Positions 46,831 to 56,402 of a stretch of DNA of 64,000 bases are shown in pieces. Under the pieces are notes generated by a model. It was not told the DNA's origin. It saw nothing but the letters and a program-made list of their open reading frames with translations, and did no database searches. Origin of the DNA: an uncultured Pirellulaceae bacterium (GTDB lineage Bacteria > Planctomycetota > Planctomycetia > Pirellulales > Pirellulaceae). The DNA lies in NCBI GenBank assembly GCA_964486845.1, contig CAZAQY010000007.1, forward strand, positions 1,688 through 65,687, in the 5' to 3' direction. The translations under genes were made by a program, and so were the position numbers. The number at the start of each line of letters is the position of its first letter. Within the stretch, counting starts at the first letter, position 1.

Positions 46831-48052
46831 CCAGCTTCGGTTCGGAGGCGTCTTTGCCGGCAATCTTGTTGAACGCCTCGTTGAACGCCTGGACCATGTC
46901 GGCGTAACCGACCGAAGGAGACTCGACAGGCGTGGTGACGAGGTAACTCCGGCCGTCTCCGGTGACCAGTTGGCGCATCAACCGGCTGGGCTGCCCGACC
47001 GTGATCGTGTGGATGTGAAAGCCGGCCGCCGCCAGTTGCGCAGCGACGGTCTTCGGGTTCGGGTCGCCGGCGCTGGCGCCGTCGCCGATCAGAATCAGGA
47101 TCTTCTTGGCGTCATTTCGCGAGGCGGGCCCGGTGGCGATCTGGCGGCCGCCGGTCTGGCCTTGGGAACTGCCGTCAAGAGCCAGTCCGATGCGGGGCGA
47201 CTCACCCGGGTAGCGGCCACCGCCCCGGTCGATGTAGCTCTGATACGAGTAAAGAAAGGCATCGGGTCGGTTGATATCCAACAGATCTTTGAGCGTCGCG
47301 GCATCGTTGCTCAGGCCGCCTTCCAGTCCGGTGTCGACAGCAAAGCCGGAGATGCCAATGAGGTCGTCGGGGTAATTCGCGACCACATAGTCGACGAACA
47401 GCTCCGCCGACTCTTTCAACGCTCGTTTGGCGTTCAATGGGTAACTGGCAGGCGGACTTTCGCCGGGCGCGTACTCGTCGGGACGTGGCTTCAGCAAGGC
47501 ACTGGTCTGGTCGATCATCAGGACGAAATCACGAGGCCCCGTCACGTCCCGTCCGCCCGTGGCGATGGCTTCGGCGCCGGCCGAGTAACTCGTGTGCCCC
47601 AAGACCCTGCCAAAGAAAGAGTCGAAATTCCATTGAGCGGTCACACGGACCGCATTCATTTCCAGATTCGGCCTGATTCCAGGATCGAAGATCCTTAGGA
47701 CTGGGTCCCAGCGGCCTACTTCGACTTGAGGGATCACGCCGGGCTGGTTCAATTGGAAGTAGTGCTCGGCCACCAGCCGAGCTTCGTTGCGGTTCACCGC
47801 CGGTTCGCTACGTTCCAGAACGGCGGCCGCCGCCAATGCAGCGGCGTCTGCGGCGTTTTGCGCCACGGCCCGGTGGTGGACCGTCACGCCGATGTCGATG
47901 GCGAACGCGAGCAGGCCCATCAGTACAATGATCATCAAGGCGAACAGGATGAGGACGGCCCCTTTGCGACGCCAACGGAAGCGCTGCCGACGCTTGGGGT
48001 TAGCGGGCCGAACGGCATTTTTCGAAGATGAAGTGGCAGTGGTTGCGTGCAT
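46823..48052 (-). CDS. TadG/TadE-like N-terminal domain protein with a C-terminal vWA domain
   Basis: RRKGAVLILFALMIIVLMGLLAFAIDIGVTVHHRAVAQNAADAAALAAA (Tad_N-like TM region). vWA strands DFVLMIDQTSAL and KILILIGDGAS. Its 3' end overlaps the convergent gene by 8 nt. Confidence 0.7.
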   Translation of the reverse strand: MHATTATSSSKNAVRPANPKRRQRFRWRRKGAVLILFALMIIVLMGLLAFAIDIGVTVHHRAVAQNAADAAALAAAAVLERSEPAVNRNEARLVAEHYFQLNQPGVIPQVEVGRWDPVLRIFDPGIRPNLEMNAVRVTAQWNFDSFFGRVLGHTSYSAGAEAIATGGRDVTGPRDFVLMIDQTSALLKPRPDEYAPGESPPASYPLNAKRALKESAELFVDYVVANYPDDLIGISGFAVDTGLEGGLSNDAATLKDLLDINRPDAFLYSYQSYIDRGGGRYPGESPRIGLALDGSSQGQTGGRQIATGPASRNDAKKILILIGDGASAGDPNPKTVAAQLAAAGFHIHTITVGQPSRLMRQLVTGDGRSYLVTTPVESPSVGYADMVQAFNEAFNKIAGKDASEPKLVK

Positions 48053-48353
48053 GAGGAATCTCACCTGATCGACAGGAAATGTCAATACCACACCTAGAGT
48101 ATAGGTCACACAGGCATGATTGGCAGATTTCTGCTGCCTGGGCTCCTGTTAGTGGTTCCTCGTGGAATTTGCGGCCCGTATCGTTCAGGACGACGCTGGC
48201 GGCCTGGAGAGCAAGTCGCTGCTCACAACCAAGCTGCGCATGTCCGTGGCGTGGCCGGGTGGGATCCAGGTTGGGAATAGGGTACACTCTTCCCAAGGCT
48301 GGGCGCAGCCCTGATGACTTGCGGACCTCAAAATCGTCGATCGAGATGGAATC

Positions 48354-49409
48354 ATGACCGAGTCCGGTCGGAAGAAACGGCTGGTGAATTACGCCAGCTG
48401 CGCAGGCTGAGCGGGCAAGTTGCCCCAGGAGGGCACTGCACAGGTGGTGCAGAACTTGCCGCGAGTTGACGATCCCAACCTGATCGTCGGAACCGAAGGG
48501 TTCAGCGACGCAGGCGTGTACCGGCTGCGCGATGATCTGCTGATCGTCCAGTCGCTGGACTTCTTCCCGCCGCTGGTCGACGACCCGTTCGTGTTCGGCC
48601 AGATCGCCGCAGCCAATTCGCTGTCCGACGTGTACGCGATGGGTGCTCGGCCGACCACCGCGTTGAACATCGTCGCTTTCCCCGACAATCAACTGGAACT
48701 GGACATCCTGAGCGAAATCCTCCGCGGCGGCGGGGATCGGGTCAGCCTGGCCGGAGCGGTGATCGTCGGCGGACATTCGGTTCGCGACGCCGAAATCAAG
48801 TACGGATTGAGCGTGACCGGCGTCGTGCATCCGCAGCATCTGCTGACGAATCAACGGGCCCGCCCCGGCGACGCGCTGGTGCTGACAAAGGCCTTGGGGA
48901 CAGGCTTCATCACGACGGCCTTCAAAGCCGAATCTTGCCCGGCGGAGACATTCGCGGCGGGGTGCGCCAGCATGACGCAGTTGAACGCTGCCGGATGCGA
49001 TGCCGCGAGAGAGCTAAAGGCCAACGCCTGTACGGATATCACTGGGTTTGGTCTGGCGGGTCATGCGGGGGAAATGGCCGAAGCCAGCGGCGTGACGGCG
49101 ATGCTGGAAGTCCACCGGTTGCCGATCCTGCCAGGGGCTGCCGCCCTTGCCCAACAGGGAAACCAGAACCGCGCCAACCGCTCGAACCGAGCCTTTGCGG
49201 AACGTGGGATGCGCGTCGAAGGTCGTCCCGATGAATTGCTGGCCGAGTTCCTGTTCGACCCTCAGACCTCCGGCGGTCTGCTGATCAGCGTCCCGCAGCA
49301 GCGCGCGGATCAACTGGTTGCGTACGCCCAAGCCGCCGGCGCGACCGCAACGTGCATCGTCGGATCGATCCTGCCGCGACACGACGCGCGCATCGTTGTT
49401 CGCCCGTGA
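48354..49409 (+). CDS. selD: Selenide, water dikinase (selenophosphate synthetase) with selenocysteine encoded by in-frame TGA at 48408-48410
   Basis: The track ORF (48420-) lacks the SelD N-terminus. Reading from ATG 48354 gives MTESGRKKRLVNYASCAG-U-AGKLPQEG, which aligns with E. coli RLTQYSHGAG-C17-GCK20. The downstream sequence is SelD-like throughout (DFFPPLVDDPFVFGQIAAANSLSDVYAMGA, GGHSV, TDITGFGL, DPQTSGGLL). Confidence 0.88.
48414..48460 (+). promoter_or_regulatory. SECIS-like hairpin downstream of the selD UGA
   Basis: GGCAAGTT (48414-48421) pairs with AACTTGCC (48453-48460). Inner stem CTGCAC (48436-41) pairs with GTGCAG (48447-52), with apical loop AGGUG. The loop lies about 31 nt after the UGA and has G at loop position 2, in line with bacterial SECIS rules. 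Confidence 0.5.
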
Positions 49410-49436
49410 GCGTCTTTGGTCTTTGAGTCGGGCGTT

Positions 49437-50093
49437 TCAAGTTCTGATTCGGCTGCCAAGTCGCCGGCGGCGAGCCTCGGCATGGCAAGCGCGAATGCGG
49501 CTCTCCACCTCCGCGAGCAGTTGGTCGTCGTTCAGGGTGGCGGCGAAGTCGGGCGAGATGGGCTCGCCGATGCAGACACGGACGACGGACGGACGCGGGA
49601 GCAAGGCGTGCCTTGGCCAAGCATCAAATGCGCCGTCCAGCGCCACGGGCAGCAGCGGAACGCGGCTCCGGCGGGCAAGCACCAGGAATCCGGGTTTCAC
49701 GGGCGAGATATTCCCGTCCCGACTCCTGGTGCCTTCCGGGAAGATCAACACCATTTCGCCACTTTTCAGGCGTTTGAGCGTCTCTTTCAGCCCTCGAATG
49801 CCGCCCCCTTCGCGGTCGATCGGAATGGCGTTCACGAAACCAATCAGCCAGCCGAAGGGGCCGAAGCGGAACAGGGTGTCCCGCGCCAAGTAGTGGCAGT
49901 GGCGGCGGAATCCAAGACCGACGAGAATCGGATCGAGGTAGCTCTGGTGATTCGAGCAGATCAGGACGCCGCCCTCGGACGGCACATGCTGGTGCCCCAG
50001 GCAGCGGACCTGAAACATGCCGACGCCCACCAGCCGGCACAAAGCTCGGGCCACACAGTAGCCAGACCGCCGGAATCGAGATGCTTCCGCCAT
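49437..50093 (-). CDS. plsC: 1-acyl-sn-glycerol-3-phosphate acyltransferase
   Basis: Acyltransferase motifs CSNHQSYLDPIL and IFPEGTRSRDG. Confidence 0.88.
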   Translation of the reverse strand: MAEASRFRRSGYCVARALCRLVGVGMFQVRCLGHQHVPSEGGVLICSNHQSYLDPILVGLGFRRHCHYLARDTLFRFGPFGWLIGFVNAIPIDREGGGIRGLKETLKRLKSGEMVLIFPEGTRSRDGNISPVKPGFLVLARRSRVPLLPVALDGAFDAWPRHALLPRPSVVRVCIGEPISPDFAATLNDDQLLAEVESRIRACHAEARRRRLGSRIRT

Positions 50094-50156
50094 ACGCAGA
50101 AGGTGCTTTGGATTGGGGAATTGTTTGCTGGCTGATCATCACGCGGAGCGTGATGG

Positions 50157-50822
50157 CTACTTTGAGGATACCTGGGGCCGCCGCGAGTTCACGATCTCGA
50201 CCAACCGGTCGACGACTTGTTCGATCGACATCCCGTCCGTGACGACCTCGACCGCATCCTGGGCGCGGACCAACGGCCCTACCGCCCGGCGGGAGTCGCG
50301 CTCGTCCCGCTGAAGCTGCTGAGCCAGCACGTCGTCAAACGACGGCGTCTCGCCCCGTTGCTGCAGGTCGTGGACCCGGCGACGCGCACGCTCTTCCGGT
50401 GTAGCCGTAAGAAAGATCTTACATTCGGCGTGCGGAAAGACCACCGTGCCCTGATCGCGGCCCTCGGTCACGATGTGGCCCCTGCGGCCGATCTGCTGTT
50501 GCAGTTTGACCAAGTGCTCGCGGACCTGAGGGTTGTCTGCCGCGTAGCGGATATGTGCCGTCACTTGACTGGTCCGAATTGGGTCCGTCACGTCCTCGCC
50601 GTCCAATAGGACGCGCTGGTCCTGGAAGCGAATTTCCAGCTGCTTGGCCAACTCGGCCCAGCCCGTCGCGTCCTGGCACGGCAAACCGCGGCGCAGGGCG
50701 GCCAGCGTCACCGCCCGATACATCGCCCCCGTGTCCAGGAACCGGAACCTCAGTTTCGCCGCCAGCGACTTGGCGACCGTGCTCTTGCCCGCGCCGGCGG
50801 GGCCATCAATCGTGACGATCAT
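50157..50822 (-). CDS. cmk: Cytidylate kinase
   Basis: MIVTIDGPAGAGKSTVAKSLA...LDTGAMYRA...IVTEGRDQGTVVFP. Start at ATG 50822, which overlaps the upstream gene stop in an ATGA. The longer ORF reaching 51125 is rejected. Confidence 0.93.
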   Translation of the reverse strand: MIVTIDGPAGAGKSTVAKSLAAKLRFRFLDTGAMYRAVTLAALRRGLPCQDATGWAELAKQLEIRFQDQRVLLDGEDVTDPIRTSQVTAHIRYAADNPQVREHLVKLQQQIGRRGHIVTEGRDQGTVVFPHAECKIFLTATPEERARRRVHDLQQRGETPSFDDVLAQQLQRDERDSRRAVGPLVRAQDAVEVVTDGMSIEQVVDRLVEIVNSRRPQVSSK

Positions 50823-51952
50823 CGCGGTCCCGCTTGCGGTTGCGGTTTGCAGTAAGACAGGGCCAACAAGGCATACGCGGTCACTAGGTTCGGATCGCCC
50901 TCCATCCAGCGATCGGCCTCGTTCACCCACGAACCATCCGGCAACTGGCGACTCGCCAATTCCGCCCGCAACTCCGCCCGCCAATCGTGCTTGACGCCCT
51001 GATGATCGACAAGCACGTCTTGTTTCATCGCATCGAGCGTTTTGGCAAAAGTGTGATAGTAGTAGTACAGCCCCTGGCCTCCCATCCCCGGGTTGGACTT
51101 CAGGTCGTAGTGCATTTTGATCCACTTCACGGCTGCCTTGACGCGCGGGTCATCGTCGCCTACGCCGGCGTAAATCATGCTTTTCAGGCCGGCGTAGGTC
51201 ATCGATCCGTAGCTCCGCAGCCCGCCGCCGGGCGTGGTTCCCGCCATACTGGAACCGCCGGCAGCCGGAGTGTAGTAGAAGCCGCCGTCGGGGTTCTTGG
51301 CCGCAAACGGCGTCGTATTGTGTTCCGTCTCGAGGTTCTGGCAGCGGGAAACGAAAGTCAAAGCCCGCTTGACGGCCTCGTCGTTCACATCGGTTCCCAT
51401 CGCCTGCAACGCATCCATAAAGAATTGCGTATTCGATAGGTCAGGTCGCTTGTGTTTCCCGTAGCCCGCACCACCGTAGGCAGGGTCGGCAGGGTCCTTG
51501 TCCTCGCCTTCGTCCCATTGCAGCCCCCGGATATATGCATCCGCTTTATTCAGTTTTTCCGTGTACCGCCCATCCTTGTTGGCCTCGGTCAAACACAAAA
51601 TGGCGACCGAAGTCTCGTAATTGGCGTACAGCGAGCCGGTTCGAAAGACGCCTCCATCCGATCGAACGAATTGCTCCACGTACGCCAGACTGTTCGCGAC
51701 CAACGGATCGCTTGGCGTGCGACCGTGCCGCATCAGGGCCGTCGCCACCAGCGCGGTCACGGCCGGCCCGGCCTGACTGCTGAACGACCCGTCCTCAGCC
51801 TGCCCCTTCGTCGCCAGGAAGCCGATCGCTCGACCCACCATCTGCTCGTAATCTGGTGCGCCGGGGCGAACCGTTTCCGCACCCGTGAGATCGCTTCCCG
51901 CACCGATAGCAATTGTCACGCCAAAACAGAAGATCCAAAAACGCTCGTGCAT
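50819..51952 (-). CDS. Secreted prenyltransferase/squalene-oxidase-repeat (terpenoid-cyclase alpha-alpha toroid) protein
   Basis: Signal peptide. Repeated DG(S/G)F/W units (AEDGSFSS, RSDGGVFRT, NPDGGFYYT, QLPDGSWVN) and PAYGGAGYG. Confidence 0.65.
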   Translation of the reverse strand: MHERFWIFCFGVTIAIGAGSDLTGAETVRPGAPDYEQMVGRAIGFLATKGQAEDGSFSSQAGPAVTALVATALMRHGRTPSDPLVANSLAYVEQFVRSDGGVFRTGSLYANYETSVAILCLTEANKDGRYTEKLNKADAYIRGLQWDEGEDKDPADPAYGGAGYGKHKRPDLSNTQFFMDALQAMGTDVNDEAVKRALTFVSRCQNLETEHNTTPFAAKNPDGGFYYTPAAGGSSMAGTTPGGGLRSYGSMTYAGLKSMIYAGVGDDDPRVKAAVKWIKMHYDLKSNPGMGGQGLYYYYHTFAKTLDAMKQDVLVDHQGVKHDWRAELRAELASRQLPDGSWVNEADRWMEGDPNLVTAYALLALSYCKPQPQAGPR

Positions 51953-52082
51953 TCTTTTTCACCTGGGAAAGATTGATCTCTTGCAGTCCCCTATACGCCC
52001 ATGGTCACCGCACGGGGACGGACGCCATCGGCGAAACGACGATACGCCATTCGCGGCAGCAACACCTGAGTATTCCAAGGCT

Positions 52083-52370
52083 TCAATCGAAAACTGCGAG
52101 GATCTCGTCCTCGTTCATGATCAGCAACTCCTCGTCATCGACCATGAGTTCGATGCCCGCGAAACGGGAGAAGAGGATTCGATCACCCTCACTGACCTGA
52201 TGCGACAACCGGGTGCCGTCAGGCAGCAAGCGGCCGTCTCCTACAGAGAGCACCCGTCCCTGCTGGGGCCGCTCGAGGGCGGAATCCGGCAACACGACGC
52301 CTCCAGGCGTCGTCGGATCCAGTTCTAGAGGCTTGACTGCGACTTTGTCCCCCAACGGCACGACTTTCAT
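52083..52370 (-). CDS. groES: Co-chaperonin GroES
   Basis: MKVVPLGDKVAVKPLE...GGVVLPDSA...GRVLSVGDGR..., 95 aa. No groEL follows it. Confidence 0.95.
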   Translation of the reverse strand: MKVVPLGDKVAVKPLELDPTTPGGVVLPDSALERPQQGRVLSVGDGRLLPDGTRLSHQVSEGDRILFSRFAGIELMVDDEELLIMNEDEILAVFD

Positions 52371-52653
52371 CTCTTAGACTCCCGAATGGAACCATGCGGT
52401 CCGGCGTAAGTCGCAAGCTGCCGTTGCCACGTGCAATCCGCCGACAAAACGACTGCCTGCGTACCGGGTCATTCTCGCACGCCGTCCGCGTCTGTTCAAG
52501 GACAACAGCAGAATCGACGGCGAGAGTTGGTGGTCGCCGCCAAGTGTTCCCGATCGTTTGGCGCAGAAATTGCTGGCAGCCGGCAACTCTTGGCCGCGAA
52601 CCAGCCGGTCTTGGCCGGTTCCGGCTCACGGGCCAGGACCGTGACGGGCAACT

Positions 52654-53512
52654 CTATCGATCCGAGGTAATCGCTCTCTTCGCCTGTGCGTCGGTCTCCT
52701 CCAAGGTGAACCGCACGCTGACGATGTAGGGGGACTCGCCCTTGGTCCAATGGCCGTAGGCCGTCGTGACGAACGTCCCGTCGGGCAGCAATTCCAGCCC
52801 CGGATAGGCGCAGTCGGCCCCCTTATGGTTCTTCATCAGCCGAACGCGATACTGCCCCTGGCGGCCTTGGACGATATCTTCGTACGTCCCCACCCAGCCG
52901 ACCCAATCTCCCTTGGTCGGGCTCTCCAGTGTGGTATCTCGGAAAGTGATGAACAACCGCCCGTCCGAGGCGTAACGCCCCGTGTGGCGATCGCCGGTCA
53001 GGGCGGCAGGCAACTCGTGGGGCGCGGACCAGGTGCGGCCTTCGTCGGCACTGAAGATGACGTGCGAATTGCGGCGCCGGCTGTTTTCGCGGAGCAACGC
53101 CGCCAATTGCTTGCCGTCCGGCGAGCGGGTGACGCCCGGCTCGCACAGGTGGACGTCAGTCGTGCGGCAGATGGTTTCGGGCAACGACCATGTCAAGCCG
53201 CCATCGGCAGAGAACGTTTTGTACAGAGTGAATTCCACAGGCTGCTTGCGCGGGTCGTCGGCCGCAAAAAACCGGCCGTCGTCGTGAAAGCCCCTTGGGG
53301 TACACGGCGATCATCGTCCTGCCGTCCTCCAACAGCACGGTCGTGGGGTGGCCCAGGTACTGTCCCGGCTCGCGGTCCACGACGCTTTGTCGCTGCGTCT
53401 GGCCGGCCAGATCGACCAAAGGGACCGTATAGCCGCATGGCAGAATTTCAGCCGCAGCTGTCACCGCATCAGGAATGCACAAGACGGCGACCGTGAGCAG
53501 ACCAACACGCAA
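52654..53512 (-). pseudogene. BNR-repeat sialidase-like (exo-alpha-sialidase fold) gene with a frameshift in a G-run
   Basis: The N part (53512 down to ~53290) is signal + VDREPGQYLGHPTTVLLEDGRTMIAVYPKG. The frame changes at the GGGG run near 53292-53295. The C part contains SADGGLTWS and SADEGRTWS (BNR SxDxGxTW) and LTGDRH...DGRLFITFRD. Confidence 0.6.
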
Positions 53513-53680
53513 GGCGAGTTTCTTCGTGGCGATTCTCCCAACAGATTCACTCGGCCTGACATCGTTCGAGAAATAACGGTTAGGTACGTGAGCGGCAAGG
53601 CGCTAGCCGCCGGTATTGCAGCGAATCCGGAACCGGTGGCTAGCGCCATTCCGCTCACTTGTTTGCTCGAATTCCCAACT

Positions 53681-54386
53681 CTACTGTCCGCAAACGTTCA
53701 TGCGGATCGAATAGAATCCCTTGCGGGCCGTAATGAACAACGTGCGCCGGTCCGCGCCGCCGAAACAGACGTTGGACGAGGCTTCGGGAACGTCGATTTC
53801 CAGAAGCTTTTTGCCGTCGGGGCTGTACACCTGCACCACGTTCCGCGCCAAGTACAGGTTCCCCTGCTCGTCGAGCGTCATGCCGTCCGAACCGACGGGG
53901 GCGATCAGTTTCCGGTCGGTCAGCGAGCCGTCTTCTTCGATGCGGTAAACGTAGGTCTTGCCGTCGCCCGCATCGGCGACGTACAGCAGTTTGCCGTCCG
54001 TGGTTCCAACCACGCCGTTCGGCTTGACCAGGTTGTCGATCACGCGCCGCAATGGATGGACGTCACGCGCCGGTGCCGCCTTCGCAGGCCACCCGGTTTC
54101 CCGCACGGTCGAAAAACAGGCCGTTTGCCCCGCGGCTGTTTTCCCGAAAGCTGCTCAGCTTTCCGTCCAGCGACCATTTGTGGATGCGCGCGTTGGGAAT
54201 ATCGGTGAAGCAGGTGTTTCCCTGGGCATCGCGGGCCGGGCCTTCCGTAAAGGAAAACCCGTCCGCGAGTTTTTCGACTTTTTCACCAGGTGCGACGAGT
54301 TCATCGGCCGCCGGCGCAACGCACGCCGAAAGGGCAAGGCTGAAGAACCAGGCGGCAAGCGAGCTGGAAATGAGACGATCGATCAT
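53681..54386 (-). pseudogene. SMP-30/gluconolactonase/LRE-like gene, frameshifted and apparently internally deleted
   Basis: The N part is signal + FTEGPARDAQGN...ANGLFFDRAGNRVACEGG and ends in TGA at 54063. The C part, in another frame, is VIDNLVKPNGVVGTTDGKLLYVAD...SNVCFGG..RTLFITA. Together they give about 230 aa versus about 300 expected. Confidence 0.65.
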
Positions 54387-54492
54387 GGACAGCTCCTTCG
54401 TGTCAAGATTGGTTAACCCAAGCGTTGCGAGAATCTCCCTGTAGGACGGATTGCCAATCCGTCCTACGGGGAAACTTCTGCAGCGTCTGGGA

Positions 54493-55575
54493 TCATTCCG
54501 CTTCGAGCACGTGGACGTCCTCGGGCTCGACCGTCACCGTCACCCGGTCACCCGGCTGCACGTTCAGGGTGGCGAACTCCTTGCGGCCCAGCAGGGCTTG
54601 GAGGCTTAGCCCGCCGCCGCAGGCGACGGACACCTGGACCACGGCGCCCCGATCCGTCAACTCGCCAACCGTTCCTGGCAGCAGGTTCAAGTCCCGGGAC
54701 GTCGGGGACGGCTCGCCGCGCGAGATGCGCAGGTTTTCGGGCCGGATAATGAAGCTCACGTCGTGGCCGGCGGACGCCGGTCCGGCGCGGACGGCGCGGA
54801 ATTCGACGCCGTCCGCACAGGCGATGCGCAGCCCGCGGCCGGCGCTGGCGGCCCGGCCCGTCAGCACGTTTCCGGCCTGGACGAATTGGGCCACAAAACC
54901 GTTGCGCGGCCGCTGGAGGATCTCCTGCGGCGAACCGGTCTGAATGATCCGGCCGGCGTGGATCACGCCGACTCGGTCCGCCACCGCAAGCATCTCGGCG
55001 AAATTGTGGCAGACGTGGATCGTGGTCGTGCCCGTGCGACGCTGGAGGCCCTTGATCTGCCGGCACAGCGCGTCCCGCATCTGCTCGTCCAACGCGCTCA
55101 CCGGCTCGTCCAACAGGAGCAGCAGCGGCTGGACGGCCAGCGCCCGCGCCAGCGCCACCCGCTGCTTCTCGCCGCCGGACAGGTTCCGGGGCTTGCGGCA
55201 AGCCAGCGGTTCGATGTCCACCAACTGCAACAGCTCATCGACCTGGCGGCTCTCGGGTCCCAGCCAGGCAGCGAGCGGATTGCGGAGCCCGAACGCAACG
55301 TTGCTGCGGACGGAAAGGTGCGGAAACAGCGCGTAGTCTTGCGGCAGGTACCCAATCCGCCGGCGTCGCGGCTCCAACCGCGTGACGTCGGTGCCCTCCA
55401 CCAGAATCCGCCCGGCGTCGACGCGGTGCAGCCCGGACAGGCTCTCCAGCAGCAGCGTCTTGCCCGATCCGCTCGGCCCCAGCAGCACGAAATACTCGCC
55501 CCGCGACACCTCCAGCGAGATGTCCTGCAGGGCGAACGTGCCCACGGAGAAACACAGCTGCTGCACCACGATCAT
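54493..55575 (-). CDS. ABC transporter ATP-binding protein (ModC/CysA-type with a C-terminal TOBE-like domain)
   Basis: Walker A LLGPSGSGKT, signature LSGGEKQRVALARA and Walker B LLLLDEPVSALD. The ATG at 55575 overlaps the permease stop. The 565-aa ORF extension is rejected. Confidence 0.9.
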   Translation of the reverse strand: MIVVQQLCFSVGTFALQDISLEVSRGEYFVLLGPSGSGKTLLLESLSGLHRVDAGRILVEGTDVTRLEPRRRRIGYLPQDYALFPHLSVRSNVAFGLRNPLAAWLGPESRQVDELLQLVDIEPLACRKPRNLSGGEKQRVALARALAVQPLLLLLDEPVSALDEQMRDALCRQIKGLQRRTGTTTIHVCHNFAEMLAVADRVGVIHAGRIIQTGSPQEILQRPRNGFVAQFVQAGNVLTGRAASAGRGLRIACADGVEFRAVRAGPASAGHDVSFIIRPENLRISRGEPSPTSRDLNLLPGTVGELTDRGAVVQVSVACGGGLSLQALLGRKEFATLNVQPGDRVTVTVEPEDVHVLEAE

Positions 55576-56402
55576 GATTTGCCAAGCCCCAGAATGCGCA
55601 CGCCCACCAACGCCGCCGTGGCCAGCACGAGCATCAAAATGGTCACCGCCAAGGCCACTTCGATCCGGCCCACGGAGGTCTCCAGGTAGATCGTTGTCGG
55701 CAACACTTCGGTCCGCATCCGCACCGCGCCCACGAAGACCATCAGCGGCCCGAAGATCCCGAACGCCTTGGTCCAAATCAGAATCGCCCCCGACACGATG
55801 CCGCGCGACGCCAACGGCAGCGCGACCCAGAAGAAAGCCCCCGCGCGGCCGTAACCCAGCGTCAGGGCGACGTGCTCCAGCCGCGGATCGACACCGTCGA
55901 ACGTCAGCTTGACCGCCCGGATCCCAAACGACGCCGACGCCAGAAACTGGCACAGGATGATGCCCTTCTTCTGAAACACAAACTTGAATCCGGAATTCTC
56001 GATGAACTGCCCCACGTCCGTCCGAAAGAAAACCAGCAGCGAGAGTCCGATGATCAACGGCGGCAGCAGGATTGGCAGATCGACGATCGAGTCGACCACC
56101 ACGTGCCCGGGAAAACGATAGCGGCTCAGCGCGTAGCCCATCGGAATCGCGAAGACCAGGCCGATCAGCACCGACAGGCCGCTGGTCCACAGCGACAGCC
56201 GGAGCGCCGCCCGAATCTCCTTGGCCCGCAGCACCTGGCCGACCGCGTCCCAGCTGGTGTACGCGACGTCCGCGGCGAACAACGCCAGCCAGCCGCCCAC
56301 AAAGAGCACGACGAACGCCAGCATCGCGGCGGCGAACAGCCGGCTGGACAGTCCGCCCACCGGTTTGCCGGCGCGGGACGGGGAGGAAAAGAAACCGCTC
56401 AC
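55572..56402 (-). CDS. ABC transporter permease (ModB-like)
   Basis: Multiple TM segments plus the EAA-like region LTLGYGRAGAFFWVALPLASRGIVSG. The GTG start at 56402 overlaps the upstream stop (GTGA). Confidence 0.85.
   Translation of the reverse strand: MSGFFSSPSRAGKPVGGLSSRLFAAAMLAFVVLFVGGWLALFAADVAYTSWDAVGQVLRAKEIRAALRLSLWTSGLSVLIGLVFAIPMGYALSRYRFPGHVVVDSIVDLPILLPPLIIGLSLLVFFRTDVGQFIENSGFKFVFQKKGIILCQFLASASFGIRAVKLTFDGVDPRLEHVALTLGYGRAGAFFWVALPLASRGIVSGAILIWTKAFGIFGPLMVFVGAVRMRTEVLPTTIYLETSVGRIEVALAVTILMLVLATAALVGVRILGLGKS

Noticed and set aside
46823-48052. TadG-like vWA gene as part of a Tad/Flp pilus locus
   Set aside because: No other tad/cpa genes (ATPase, secretin, pilin, prepilin peptidase) are present in the window. 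It was treated as a stand-alone gene.
50823-51125. Longer cmk ORF (322 aa)
   Set aside because: The extension overlaps the prenyltransferase-fold gene. MIVTIDGPAGAGKST is the canonical Cmk N-terminus.
52371-52650. CIRCE/HrcA operator upstream of groES
   Set aside because: Only a weak partial match (cttagactcc ... ggcgtaag) with wrong spacing. It is not a credible inverted repeat.
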